The notes under the pieces are model-generated. The model did not search any database and was not told the DNA's origin. It saw only the letters and a list, made by a program, of their open reading frames with translations. Below, piece by piece: positions 8,431 to 16,957 of a stretch of DNA of 20,000 nucleotides. The translations under genes were made by a program, and so were the position numbers. Origin of the DNA: an uncultured virus (IMG/VR IMGVR_UViG_3300003320_000433) (taxonomy: Duplodnaviria > Heunggongvirae > Uroviricota > Caudoviricetes); IMG/VR virus record IMGVR_UViG_3300003320_000433. One strand, given 5' to 3'. How positions within the stretch are numbered: the first letter of the stretch is position 1; each line of letters begins with the position of its first letter.

Positions 8431-8488
8431 CCGCGCTCCGGCTACTTCTCTGCATCCGAGCAGGGGAGCTGGACGAGTCGGAGCGCGG
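8431..8488 (+). terminator. stem-loop downstream of terD
   Basis: CCGCGCTCCG (8431-8440) pairs with CGGAGCGCGG (8479-8488), with an internal secondary stem. Confidence 0.55.
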
Positions 8489-8504
8489 GATTGAGGGAGG
8501 TGGC

Positions 8505-8852
8505 ATGGACGTCTATTACAAGATCGACCCGCGTGAAGGCAATCTGCCGAAGTGGGTTCAGGACCATTTGAACTCGCTGCGTGCTTCAATCCGAACCATG
8601 CAGAAGGCACTTGAACAGGATGTGAACGACAGCAACACCTTCCTCCAGTGCCAACACCCCATTGAGAATGAGGCGTTGGGCAAGGACTCGCGAATCATCT
8701 TCAAGGTGAGCAACGCGAAGAACAGCAGCTGGGCAGACCAGTTCACTGTGCACATCGAGGGCGACACGCTGAAGATCTACGCGGCCACAACCGTGCTGAT
8801 CAAGCCGACGTCCTCGAATCTGCTGGAGATTCGCATGGAGGACAGGCGGTGA
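8505..8852 (+). CDS. hypothetical protein (115 aa)
   Basis: RBS GGAGG; GTGA-coupled to the next gene; lower GC than its neighbours. Confidence 0.7.
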   Translation: MDVYYKIDPREGNLPKWVQDHLNSLRASIRTMQKALEQDVNDSNTFLQCQHPIENEALGKDSRIIFKVSNAKNSSWADQFTVHIEGDTLKIYAATTVLIKPTSSNLLEIRMEDRR

Positions 8853-9034
8853 AGAACTACAAGCCGGTCTGGTACAACGAACGTGGCGAGGTCACGACGT
8901 CGGTCGTCTCGTACAGTGAGGATGGTGCAAACGACCGCGCCGACGAGCTGGAGGAGGACGGCTTCGAGATCATCGACGTCGTAGAGTGCAAGCCGGGCAC
9001 TCCGCCCGAAGTCGTGGAAGGATGGTTCAAGTGA
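8849..9034 (+). CDS. small acidic hypothetical protein (61 aa)
   Basis: GTGA overlaps at both ends. Confidence 0.7.
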   Translation: MKNYKPVWYNERGEVTTSVVSYSEDGANDRADELEEDGFEIIDVVECKPGTPPEVVEGWFK

Positions 9035-9588
9035 GCGACCCGCGAGTCATCTGGTGGCTCGATCCCAGGCCGACCATGACGCTCGACTGCCTCATGGACG
9101 ACGCCCTCAAGGACATGGTGAAGCTGCTCGGGTCGGCACACAGCCGGTTCGATGGCGGAGCCGAGAAGCTGCCCGCTGCTGAGCAGGGATGGAAGGACAG
9201 GCATCTCGCTCTGCTGGTGTACGGCGCGCTGTCGTGCCAGGAGCTCCGGCTGAATCGCTATGACGACGTCGGCTGGTTCTGGCAATTCGCCAATGCAGGA
9301 CGGGACTTGGTCCGCAGAGGCCACGTGTTCGACATGCCGGCATGGTTCGAGGACGAGCACATCATGCAGTCGCATTGGTCGGCTGGCCGTCGGCACAAAG
9401 CGATCGTGGCGGACCTGAAGGTACCATGGCCTCAGGTCGACGAGTACTGGCCGATCCTGTGGCCCGTGCCCATCGAGGGTGGTGGATACGAACTCAGGAT
9501 CAACAAGCAAGACCGAGAGGCCATGAAGGTGGATGACCTCTGGCTGCCCGATGAAGTGAGACACAGGGTGGTGAACATCGATGGATGA
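9031..9588 (+). CDS. divergent pyrimidine-dimer glycosylase/T4 endonuclease V-like (MSMEG_6728-like) protein
   Basis: GTG start by overlap. VIWWLDPRP...KLLGSAHSRFDG, W....AL..YG...C.E, P.WF.DE....SH.S and W.I.WPV resemble the Pyr_excise/MSMEG_6728 consensus as recalled. Confidence 0.55.
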   Translation: MSDPRVIWWLDPRPTMTLDCLMDDALKDMVKLLGSAHSRFDGGAEKLPAAEQGWKDRHLALLVYGALSCQELRLNRYDDVGWFWQFANAGRDLVRRGHVFDMPAWFEDEHIMQSHWSAGRRHKAIVADLKVPWPQVDEYWPILWPVPIEGGGYELRINKQDREAMKVDDLWLPDEVRHRVVNIDG

Positions 9589-9814
9589 CCCGGACGCGTT
9601 CAGATTCCTCGGTACACGGATCAAGCTGGCCCGAGAGAACGGCAACCATCAACTCGTAGATGCTCTGCTCGACTTGTGGATCGAGCACAGCACACTGGCT
9701 ACCGACTGGGACGCAGTCCAGTGGGGAATCGACCCGAAGATGTGGGCCGACCCTCGCGACATCGCGGCCTTCAGGCGGATGGGGCATCCGGGAACGTCGA
9801 GGCTGAAACTGTGA
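9581..9814 (+). CDS. hypothetical protein (77 aa)
   Basis: Overlaps both neighbours in operon style. Confidence 0.65.
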   Translation: MDDPDAFRFLGTRIKLARENGNHQLVDALLDLWIEHSTLATDWDAVQWGIDPKMWADPRDIAAFRRMGHPGTSRLKL

Positions 9815-9987
9815 GCCTCGTCTGCTGCCTCGCTCCCGAGCCGGGATGCATCTGCGAGAAGAACAAGTCGTGCGGCGGAATTCACGTGATAGACTCACAG
9901 TGCGTTCCGCACGCAAGGGCGGGCCAGGTAAGGTCTCGCATCCATGAGGTCGGACAGCGACCGACAGAGACAGTGGAGATCAAGTGA
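9811..9987 (+). CDS. small Cys/His-rich hypothetical protein (58 aa)
   Basis: GTGA overlaps at both ends; VSLVCC...GCIC...SC..H....C..H. Confidence 0.55.
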   Translation: MSLVCCLAPEPGCICEKNKSCGGIHVIDSQCVPHARAGQVRSRIHEVGQRPTETVEIK

Positions 9988-10748
9988 AGGTTCTGATCCT
10001 GGGCTGTGGCCCTGCAGGTCTGATCGCTGCGCATGCGGCGTACAACCGGGGTGCCGACTTCGTCGTCATGTCCAAGGCTCGTAAGTCGTACATGAATGGA
10101 GCTCAGTACCTGCACGCGCCGATTCCTGGCGTGTCGCTGGCGGATCCGTTCCTGATCAACTACGAGATCAGTGGCAGCGTGGCCGGGTACCGGGACAAGG
10201 TGTACGGGCCGGACGCCAAGGTCGAGGTCAGCCCCGAGACGCTCGTGGGTCGGCATCTCGCATGGGACATTCGCGAGGCATACGACAGCCTGTGGGGCCT
10301 GTATGGATCGGACGTGCAGGAGGTCACGATCACGCCGACGATTCTGTCGAAGGTGATTCGTGAATGGAATCCGGACGCGGTCATCTCGACCATTCCGGCG
10401 CACATCCTCTGCTACAACGGGAAGCACAAGTTCGAGTCCGAGCTCGTGTGGGCCACGAACTCCCTGGAATGCCAGCTGTCAGACAACACGGTGATGTGCA
10501 ACGGAGAGCCGAGCTTCGACTGGTACAGGGCATCGAAGATCCAGGGCTTCACCAACACCGAGTGGCCGCACGACAAGTATCCGGCAACCTACAACGGCCA
10601 GATCTGGCGCGTGACCAAGCCGCTCAGCACCAACTGCCGATGCTTCCCGCAGGTTCACCGGGTCGGCCGGTACGGTAAGTGGACCAAGGGCGTTCTCTCG
10701 CACGAGGCGTGGGAGGAAGCCAACAAGATCATGGATGGGATCGTCTGA
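9984..10748 (+). CDS. FAD/NAD(P)-binding oxidoreductase (Glf/UDP-galactopyranose mutase or protoporphyrinogen-oxidase-like fold)
   Basis: N-terminal Rossmann motif VLILGCGPAGLIAA, GAQYLH and C-terminal VGRYGKW; RBS GGAG. Confidence 0.8.
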   Translation: MKVLILGCGPAGLIAAHAAYNRGADFVVMSKARKSYMNGAQYLHAPIPGVSLADPFLINYEISGSVAGYRDKVYGPDAKVEVSPETLVGRHLAWDIREAYDSLWGLYGSDVQEVTITPTILSKVIREWNPDAVISTIPAHILCYNGKHKFESELVWATNSLECQLSDNTVMCNGEPSFDWYRASKIQGFTNTEWPHDKYPATYNGQIWRVTKPLSTNCRCFPQVHRVGRYGKWTKGVLSHEAWEEANKIMDGIV

Positions 10749-11402
10749 ATGTATCGATCGAGGCGACCGGGTCCAGACGCACCGCTGGTTGCGCTGGACC
10801 TCGACGGGACGCTCGGCGATTACCACAGGCATTTCGAGATGTTCGCTCAAATGTGGACGGGTCGAGATGTCGTGTGGAATCCCGAGATCGTCGGGCCGTT
10901 CTACAAGCAGCTCGGAATGAGCAGAGCTGTATATCGCCAGTGCAAGCTGGCATACAGGATGGGTGGCATGAAGCGCTCCATCCCCGTATTCGAGGGGGCG
11001 AGCGATCTCACCAGAGCGATACGTGGCGCGGGTGTGCGCATTGCGGCGTGCACAACTCGGCCGTATCTGCACATGTCCACGATCGACCTGGACACCCAGC
11101 ACTGGCTCAAGCGCAACGGGATCCAGGTCGACCACATCCTGTACGGAGAGCACAAGTACAGGGACCTCGTCAAGTCCGTCGGCAGGCAGCGAATCGTGTG
11201 CGCGCTTGACGACGACATCAGCCAGCTGACCGTGGCCAGTCGCGTCGGCATCGTTCCGCTGCTCCGGCAGAACACGGCCAACAAGCTCTACGAACCGTCC
11301 AACGGCATGATGGCCGTCTGGACTCTCAAGGCAGCACAGGAGACCATCCTGGAGCTGATCGACATGCACAAGAATGGAACTGGGTTCTATGCGGATCGCT
11401 GA
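10749..11402 (+). CDS. HAD-superfamily phosphatase (5'-nucleotidase-like)
   Basis: Motif I LDLDGT, motif II CTTR, motif III Lys (EHKY) and motif IV LDDD. Confidence 0.85.
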   Translation: MYRSRRPGPDAPLVALDLDGTLGDYHRHFEMFAQMWTGRDVVWNPEIVGPFYKQLGMSRAVYRQCKLAYRMGGMKRSIPVFEGASDLTRAIRGAGVRIAACTTRPYLHMSTIDLDTQHWLKRNGIQVDHILYGEHKYRDLVKSVGRQRIVCALDDDISQLTVASRVGIVPLLRQNTANKLYEPSNGMMAVWTLKAAQETILELIDMHKNGTGFYADR

Positions 11403-12426
11403 CAACTCCATGGGCACCGGGATCGCCATCGAACGCGAGGAAGGCGACAGCCAGGAGCTCAACGTCATCGCCACGCGGATCATGCCCGAGTGGCTTGCTC
11501 TGTTCGCCCAGAAGAACCGGGACTACGGATCCGGCTCGGCCTACGAGCTCGGGGTGCGCGGGCAGTACTCCGACATCCACCGGAAGATGATCAAGCTCAA
11601 GCGGGCCATGTGGGACGGCCACGACCTCGACTTCGAGGACACCGACGAGATCATCAAGGACCTGATCAGCCACCTCTTCCTCACGCTGCACATGTTCGGA
11701 CTCCAGCGTGAGGCGGAGCAGGCGTACGTCTACACCGAGGACGACGCCGCCGTGGACGCCTTCTTCCGGATGGTCGGAGGCGACGCGGAGAACGCGCTCA
11801 AGATGTCCGGCGTTCTCACGGAGCCGTTCAAGCGGCTGGTCCGGGAGCGCGCCACGAAGATGCTCTCGGAGGAGCAGGCCGAACACGCTGCATCCCTGGG
11901 CGACGGCGAGGACAACAAGCCGGACGTCTCGCTCTGGCTCAGGGAGCACAAGTCTGCTCCTCGGGATGGATATCCCTCGATCGGCGACTGGGCTGCCAGG
12001 CAGCAGGCCGAGATGGCCGAGCGGCTGAAGCGCGGCACGGACGAGGCCCTCTACGGGGCGCGAGAGGCCCGTAGGCGAGCGCGGGAGGACGCCGGGTCGC
12101 CCGGTGAGCCCGACAGCTCGGAGCGAGCCTTCGAAGCCGCCTACGGCTTCCGGGCCGACGGATCGGACTTCGCCTCTGAGGAGTTCGCCCAGGGCGACTT
12201 CGAGCAGGCGTTCGGTCCGGCCAAGGTCGGTCCGGCCCGCATCGTCACCGAGTACGTGGACGGGCGCGTGCAGTACTTCCACGAGCCGTACCCCGGTGCC
12301 GACCGCGAGCCACTGGCTCTCGTGCCCAAGGCTCTGATCGAGCGTGCACAGAAGGACCAGCACGTGATGTCCAAGGAGCAGGAGGCCGGGCTCCGCACGC
12401 TGGCTGACTGGGCCAACAACCAGTAA
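11374..12426 (+). CDS. Nmad1/DUF1599-like (nucleotide-modification-associated) domain protein with long C-terminal extension
   Basis: LF.QKNRDYG...LG.RG...DI.RK..KL.......ED...I.KDL matches the DUF1599 pattern (K..DYG, DK..RL, DT..DL). True start may be 11389 or 11410. Confidence 0.7.
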   Translation: MELGSMRIADNSMGTGIAIEREEGDSQELNVIATRIMPEWLALFAQKNRDYGSGSAYELGVRGQYSDIHRKMIKLKRAMWDGHDLDFEDTDEIIKDLISHLFLTLHMFGLQREAEQAYVYTEDDAAVDAFFRMVGGDAENALKMSGVLTEPFKRLVRERATKMLSEEQAEHAASLGDGEDNKPDVSLWLREHKSAPRDGYPSIGDWAARQQAEMAERLKRGTDEALYGAREARRRAREDAGSPGEPDSSERAFEAAYGFRADGSDFASEEFAQGDFEQAFGPAKVGPARIVTEYVDGRVQYFHEPYPGADREPLALVPKALIERAQKDQHVMSKEQEAGLRTLADWANNQ

Positions 12427-12447
12427 GCCAGCAACCACCGCAAGACC

Positions 12448-12487
12448 GGGCCGACCGTCTGCCACCCCTCCGGTGGACGGTCGGCCC
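12448..12487 (+). terminator. GC-rich stem-loop
   Basis: GGGCCGACCGTC (12448-12459) pairs perfectly with GACGGTCGGCCC (12476-12487). Confidence 0.6.
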
Positions 12488-12506
12488 TCTGCATGAAAGG
12501 ACAACC

Positions 12507-12770
12507 ATGTCTGGAGCCCCCAGCAGAGCGACTATCACTTGGCTATTGGACGAGATCCTTCGGGCCAAATCCGAAATGGATGCCGGCAACAAGGACCGGT
12601 ATATTCGGGGACGACACGTGGCGCTGTGTGAGGCGGCCAGCCGCATATGCCAGGTGTCGCGAAGGGACTTGGACGCGTACCTCGAATGGCTTGAGCAACA
12701 GGTCACCGAGGGCAATCGGATAGGCGCTGTGCTGGAGCCTTCTCCATGGGTGAGGATCAACTGCAAATGA
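12507..12770 (+). CDS. hypothetical protein (87 aa)
   Basis: RBS AAAGGA; ATGA overlap with the dnaE start. Confidence 0.65.
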   Translation: MSGAPSRATITWLLDEILRAKSEMDAGNKDRYIRGRHVALCEAASRICQVSRRDLDAYLEWLEQQVTEGNRIGAVLEPSPWVRINCK

Positions 12771-15700
12771 AGTATGTCTCTCTGCATCACCACTCAACAT
12801 ATTCATACATGGACGGATACGGATCGCCGGATGCGCACGCCAAGCGCGCTGCAGATCTGGGCATGTCGGCTCTCGCCCTGACGGAGCACGGCAACATCTC
12901 GTCGCACGTCAAGCACATGCTGTCGTGCCAGAAGTATGGGGTGAAGCCGCTGTTCGGCCTGGAGGCGTATACCGCTCCGGCCAACATGCGCGAGATGGAA
13001 TGGGTGGACAAGACCGGCAAGATCCGCGTCGGCATGTCGCAGAAGGCGCACCTCACTCTGCTCGCGATGGACGAGACGGGGTTGCACAACCTGAACCAGA
13101 TCGTGACGAGGTCCTGGGCTGAGGGGTTCTACCGCTGGCCGACCGTCACCGGGCAGATGCTCAAGGACCACCACGAGGGTCTCATTTGCCTGTCGGGCTG
13201 TGCGGACTCGATGCTCGCCAACAACCTGCTCGGCGGTAAGTGGATCCGCCAGGGAGATGAGCGTGCAGCGCTCAAGACGATGCGCAGCTTCCAGAAACTG
13301 TTCGGTGATCGCTATTACTTGGAGACGCAGCAGTTCCCCGAGCTCGCACGGTCTGGCCAGCTGAACCAGTGGTATGAGCAGCAGGGCAAGAAGTACGGCA
13401 TCAAGCTCGCAGCCACGTCAGACTGCCACTATCCGTTCCCAGACGACAACGAGATGCAGAAGATCCTGCATGCTGCAGGTCGTAACATCGGAACCGTGGC
13501 GGCAGCAGAGGCGGGCTGGGAGTACGACATCCGCCTGACATTCCCAACATCTGACGAGATGATCTACGAACGCCTGCGAGCCACGGGCCTGAGCAAGTCC
13601 GGAGCCGAACAGGCCATTGCTTCCACATCTGAGATCGCTGAGCGATGCAATGTGCTGCTTCCGAAGATGGACCGGGTTCGCTATCCGATCGACCAGGAGC
13701 CGGGTTACCGAGAGGGCATGTCCTCGGTCGACATGATTCGCAAGTGGATGAACGACGGCTGGAAGTATCGAGGATTCAACAAGTTCCCGCGCGACAGGCA
13801 GCTCAACTACAAGGCACGTGCCGAGTACGAGCTCGACCTGATCGTGCAGAAGGACTTTGTCGACTACTTCCTGATGCTGTCGGATGCCGTTCGCCACACC
13901 AAGGATGCCGGCATTCCGGTTGGACCTGCACGTGGCTCAGCGGCGGCATCGCTCGTGTGCTATCTGCTGCGGATCACCGAGATCGACCCGATGCTCTATC
14001 CGCAGATGATGTTCGAGCGCTTCATTGACCCGAACAGGCACGACCTGCCGGATGTCGACCTCGACTTCGATGACGAGCGACGCGACTATGTCCGCCAGCA
14101 CATGATCAAGCGCTACGGGGCAGACCGCGTCGGCAACATCGGAACCTACACTCGCTATCGCGGCAAGAACGCGGTCGACGATGTGGCGCGGGTGTACGAG
14201 ATCCCCAAGTTCAAGGCGGAGCAGGTCAAGGAGGTCATCGTCGAGCGGTCGGGCGGTGACAGCCGGTTCGACGCATCGCTGGCCGATACCGTGGAGGCTT
14301 TCCCACAGGCCAAGGAGGTGTTCGACGAATACCCCGATCTGCACCGCGCCATTCAGCTGGAGGGCAATCTCAAGGGGTTCGGCGTTCATGCGGCCGGTGT
14401 GGTCGTCGGAGCCAAGCCGCTCCACGAATACGTCGCCACGTACTCCAAGGAGAATGTAGGCAAGGAGAAGAAGACGCTGGCAGTGCTTTCCGTCGACAAG
14501 TACGACGGCGAGTATCTCGGCCTGCTGAAACTGGACGCCCTCGGCCTCCAGACGATGGGCATGATTCGCATCGCTCTCGATCTGATCGGGATGTCGCTGG
14601 AGGATCTGTATGCAATTTCGATGGAGGATGAGAAAACACTCGACGCATTCCGCCGGGCTGACGTTGTTGGCATCTTCCAGTTCGAGGGTCGTACTACTCG
14701 TATGGTCTGCCAGGAAGTGGCACCCACGACATTCCTCGAACTGTGTGATATCAATGCGCTCTCACGGCCTGGGCCGCTTCACTCTGGTTCGACTGGAGAC
14801 TATATCGCTGTCAAACACGGACGCCAGAAGGTGGAGCATCTTCATCCGTTGGTAGACGAGCTGACGCACTACAGCCAGTACCAGATCATCTATCAGGAGC
14901 AGATCCTCGCGCTGTGTCGCAATGTCGGGAAGTTCCCATGGGTGCATGCGTCCGAGATCCGCAAGGTGATCTCGCAGAAGAAGGGTGAGGCCGCGTTCAA
15001 CCGGCTGTACCAGACGTTCCTGGAGGGATCGCGCTCGCAGGACATCTCGGATCAGCTGGCCGACAAGATCTGGAAGAAGCTGGTCACATCTGGCACGTAC
15101 GCCTTCAACATGGCGCACTGTGTGTCGTACAGCATGCTGGCCTTCTGGTGCATGTGGCTCAAGCAGCATCACCCGCTCGCCTTCTATGCAGCACAGCTGC
15201 GGAAGACCGACCCCGACCCGAAGAAGGGCAAGCACATCACCCTGATGCGGGACGCGGGCGACGAGCGCTATGGCCGGTCGTACAAGATCTTCCCGCCGGA
15301 GCTCAACAGCTCAAGCGAGACATGGGAGATCCATCCGAGCGGACGTGGCGTGCAGGCGGGCTTCCACCAGATCAACGGGATTGGCGAGTCGTATGCTCGT
15401 GCGATCTTGGAGACGCGCGACGAGCTCGACGGATTCGACACCTGGGACGATCTGATCAAGGTGCGGGGCATCGGTCCGGCCAAGATGCAGAAGATCAAGG
15501 AGTTCTGCGAGAAGGACGACCCGTTCGAGCTCGACAAGCTCAAGAACGGCGCGGAAGCCATCACGACGGCCATCAAGCGCGGTCAGCTGGGAGCCATGCC
15601 GCTGCCAGACACGCTGGCGGATAACATCCCCTACGAAGCCAAGAAATCTCGACACGTTATACTTGGCACAGTGCGAGCCCGAAACCTCCAGGATCTGTTC

Positions 15701-15967
15701 GAGAACCACAGGTCCCGAACGGGTGACGAGCTCGACCCGGCCACAGTGAAGGATCCGCACCTCAAGGACAGCATGACGCTGTACATGGAGGACGAGTCCG
15801 GCCTGATGACTGTCAAGGTCAACAGGTGGATGTACCCGAAGCTGAAGGATGCGCTATGGGACATCAAGCTGGGCCACGACTTCGTTCTGATGCGGGTCGA
15901 GAAGAAAGCGTTCTACGGCAAGACAGTGCACTGTACACACATGTGGGTCATCGAACCTGACGACTGA
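12767..15967 (+). CDS. dnaE: DNA polymerase III alpha subunit (DnaE, family C)
   Basis: PHP motifs LHHHSTYS..DG, TEHGN, GLEAY and ATSDCHY; polymerase motifs GPARGSAAASLV, FERF, PDVDLDFD, HAAGVV, LLKLDALG, YQEQI and YAFN.AH. Start MKYVSL at 12767. Confidence 0.96.
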   Translation: MKYVSLHHHSTYSYMDGYGSPDAHAKRAADLGMSALALTEHGNISSHVKHMLSCQKYGVKPLFGLEAYTAPANMREMEWVDKTGKIRVGMSQKAHLTLLAMDETGLHNLNQIVTRSWAEGFYRWPTVTGQMLKDHHEGLICLSGCADSMLANNLLGGKWIRQGDERAALKTMRSFQKLFGDRYYLETQQFPELARSGQLNQWYEQQGKKYGIKLAATSDCHYPFPDDNEMQKILHAAGRNIGTVAAAEAGWEYDIRLTFPTSDEMIYERLRATGLSKSGAEQAIASTSEIAERCNVLLPKMDRVRYPIDQEPGYREGMSSVDMIRKWMNDGWKYRGFNKFPRDRQLNYKARAEYELDLIVQKDFVDYFLMLSDAVRHTKDAGIPVGPARGSAAASLVCYLLRITEIDPMLYPQMMFERFIDPNRHDLPDVDLDFDDERRDYVRQHMIKRYGADRVGNIGTYTRYRGKNAVDDVARVYEIPKFKAEQVKEVIVERSGGDSRFDASLADTVEAFPQAKEVFDEYPDLHRAIQLEGNLKGFGVHAAGVVVGAKPLHEYVATYSKENVGKEKKTLAVLSVDKYDGEYLGLLKLDALGLQTMGMIRIALDLIGMSLEDLYAISMEDEKTLDAFRRADVVGIFQFEGRTTRMVCQEVAPTTFLELCDINALSRPGPLHSGSTGDYIAVKHGRQKVEHLHPLVDELTHYSQYQIIYQEQILALCRNVGKFPWVHASEIRKVISQKKGEAAFNRLYQTFLEGSRSQDISDQLADKIWKKLVTSGTYAFNMAHCVSYSMLAFWCMWLKQHHPLAFYAAQLRKTDPDPKKGKHITLMRDAGDERYGRSYKIFPPELNSSSETWEIHPSGRGVQAGFHQINGIGESYARAILETRDELDGFDTWDDLIKVRGIGPAKMQKIKEFCEKDDPFELDKLKNGAEAITTAIKRGQLGAMPLPDTLADNIPYEAKKSRHVILGTVRARNLQDLFENHRSRTGDELDPATVKDPHLKDSMTLYMEDESGLMTVKVNRWMYPKLKDALWDIKLGHDFVLMRVEKKAFYGKTVHCTHMWVIEPDD

Positions 15968-15982
15968 GAAGGGAGCGCCATC

Positions 15983-16129
15983 ATGGGGCTCAAGGCAAGG
16001 ATCTTGCACACTGTGAGCAACAACCTGATGATGGCGTTCTCGACCGCGCTCGGAGCATGGCTCATGCTGAAGGCTTTGCCGTGGCTCATCGGGTCCGGCA
16101 TCCTTCCGATGAACGTGGTGATGAAGTGA
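15983..16129 (+). CDS. small membrane protein (48 aa)
   Basis: RBS GGGAG; MGLKARILHTVSNNLMMAFSTALGAWLMLKALPWLIGSG...; translated by hand. Confidence 0.55.
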   Translation: MGLKARILHTVSNNLMMAFSTALGAWLMLKALPWLIGSGILPMNVVMK

Positions 16130-16275
16130 GCGACACAATGAGGCGCATCCGCTCGTACAAGCGCGGCACAGATGTCCGTGGTGCGAGCCGAGCGTTCCAG
16201 GCGAAGATGCTCGTGCATCTCGTCCAGTCCAGCAAGGCCAAGTCCCGCAAGAAGCAGAGGGAGCTTTACTCATGA
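16126..16275 (+). CDS. small basic hypothetical protein (49 aa)
   Basis: GTGA overlap upstream and ATGA overlap downstream; R/K-rich. Confidence 0.5.
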   Translation: MSDTMRRIRSYKRGTDVRGASRAFQAKMLVHLVQSSKAKSRKKQRELYS

Positions 16276-16946
16276 GCAAGATCGCCACCGTCGAGCTGAT
16301 CTACGTGGCTCACAGCGGACGCCAGTACCGAGCGCAGCACAAGCAGGTGCACGTCGGCTGGGAGCTGGAGGACCTGGAGCAGCAGGCCAAGTCGGCCCTC
16401 TCGCTGCGGGACTACGCCATCGAGTTCACCAACGTCAACGGCCACAAGCAGTTCATCATGCCGACCGACCTGGAGACGATCATCGTCAACGTCGTCGCCG
16501 TGACCGAGGAGCGCTGGGAGGAGCCGGACTACGAGCAGCTCCAGCGCAAGTGGAGCCAGCAGGTCAAGCCGTACGGCGAGACCGACTCCGAGCGCACCCA
16601 GGAGACGCCTGCCCCGGCTGCCCCGCCGAACCCCGAGCGCGTCCGAGCCACGGCCACGGCGCTCATGACGGTCAAGGCGAAGGTCAAGGCGGCTCCGACC
16701 GACCTGCCCGGCAACGAGGACACGCAGTCCATCAAGGTCACGTGGCCGACGGCCCCGCAGCCTCGCCAGTACGTCAACTGGCCTCGACAGAGCGGCAAGA
16801 ACGCTGCAATGTCTGCCACCGAGGAGACGCAGCCGATGAAGATTCTCCAGGGCGAGCTCATCGACGACGGGCTGTCCATGGAGGACGCAACGGCTGTGAT
16901 CGAGCGCATCGCAGCCGGAGGCTCGGTGACGCGCGCCGAGGACTGA
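16272..16946 (+). CDS. hypothetical protein (224 aa)
   Basis: RBS GAGG/GGAG; strong GC3 bias; globular N-half and Pro/Ala/Thr-rich C-half. Confidence 0.75.
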   Translation: MSKIATVELIYVAHSGRQYRAQHKQVHVGWELEDLEQQAKSALSLRDYAIEFTNVNGHKQFIMPTDLETIIVNVVAVTEERWEEPDYEQLQRKWSQQVKPYGETDSERTQETPAPAAPPNPERVRATATALMTVKAKVKAAPTDLPGNEDTQSIKVTWPTAPQPRQYVNWPRQSGKNAAMSATEETQPMKILQGELIDDGLSMEDATAVIERIAAGGSVTRAED

Positions 16947-16957
16947 CCCCGGCATGG

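Noticed and set aside
12767..15967. Intein or intron in dnaE
   Set aside because: The ~1066-aa length and continuous motif order leave no room, and no splice-junction or homing endonuclease motifs were noticed.
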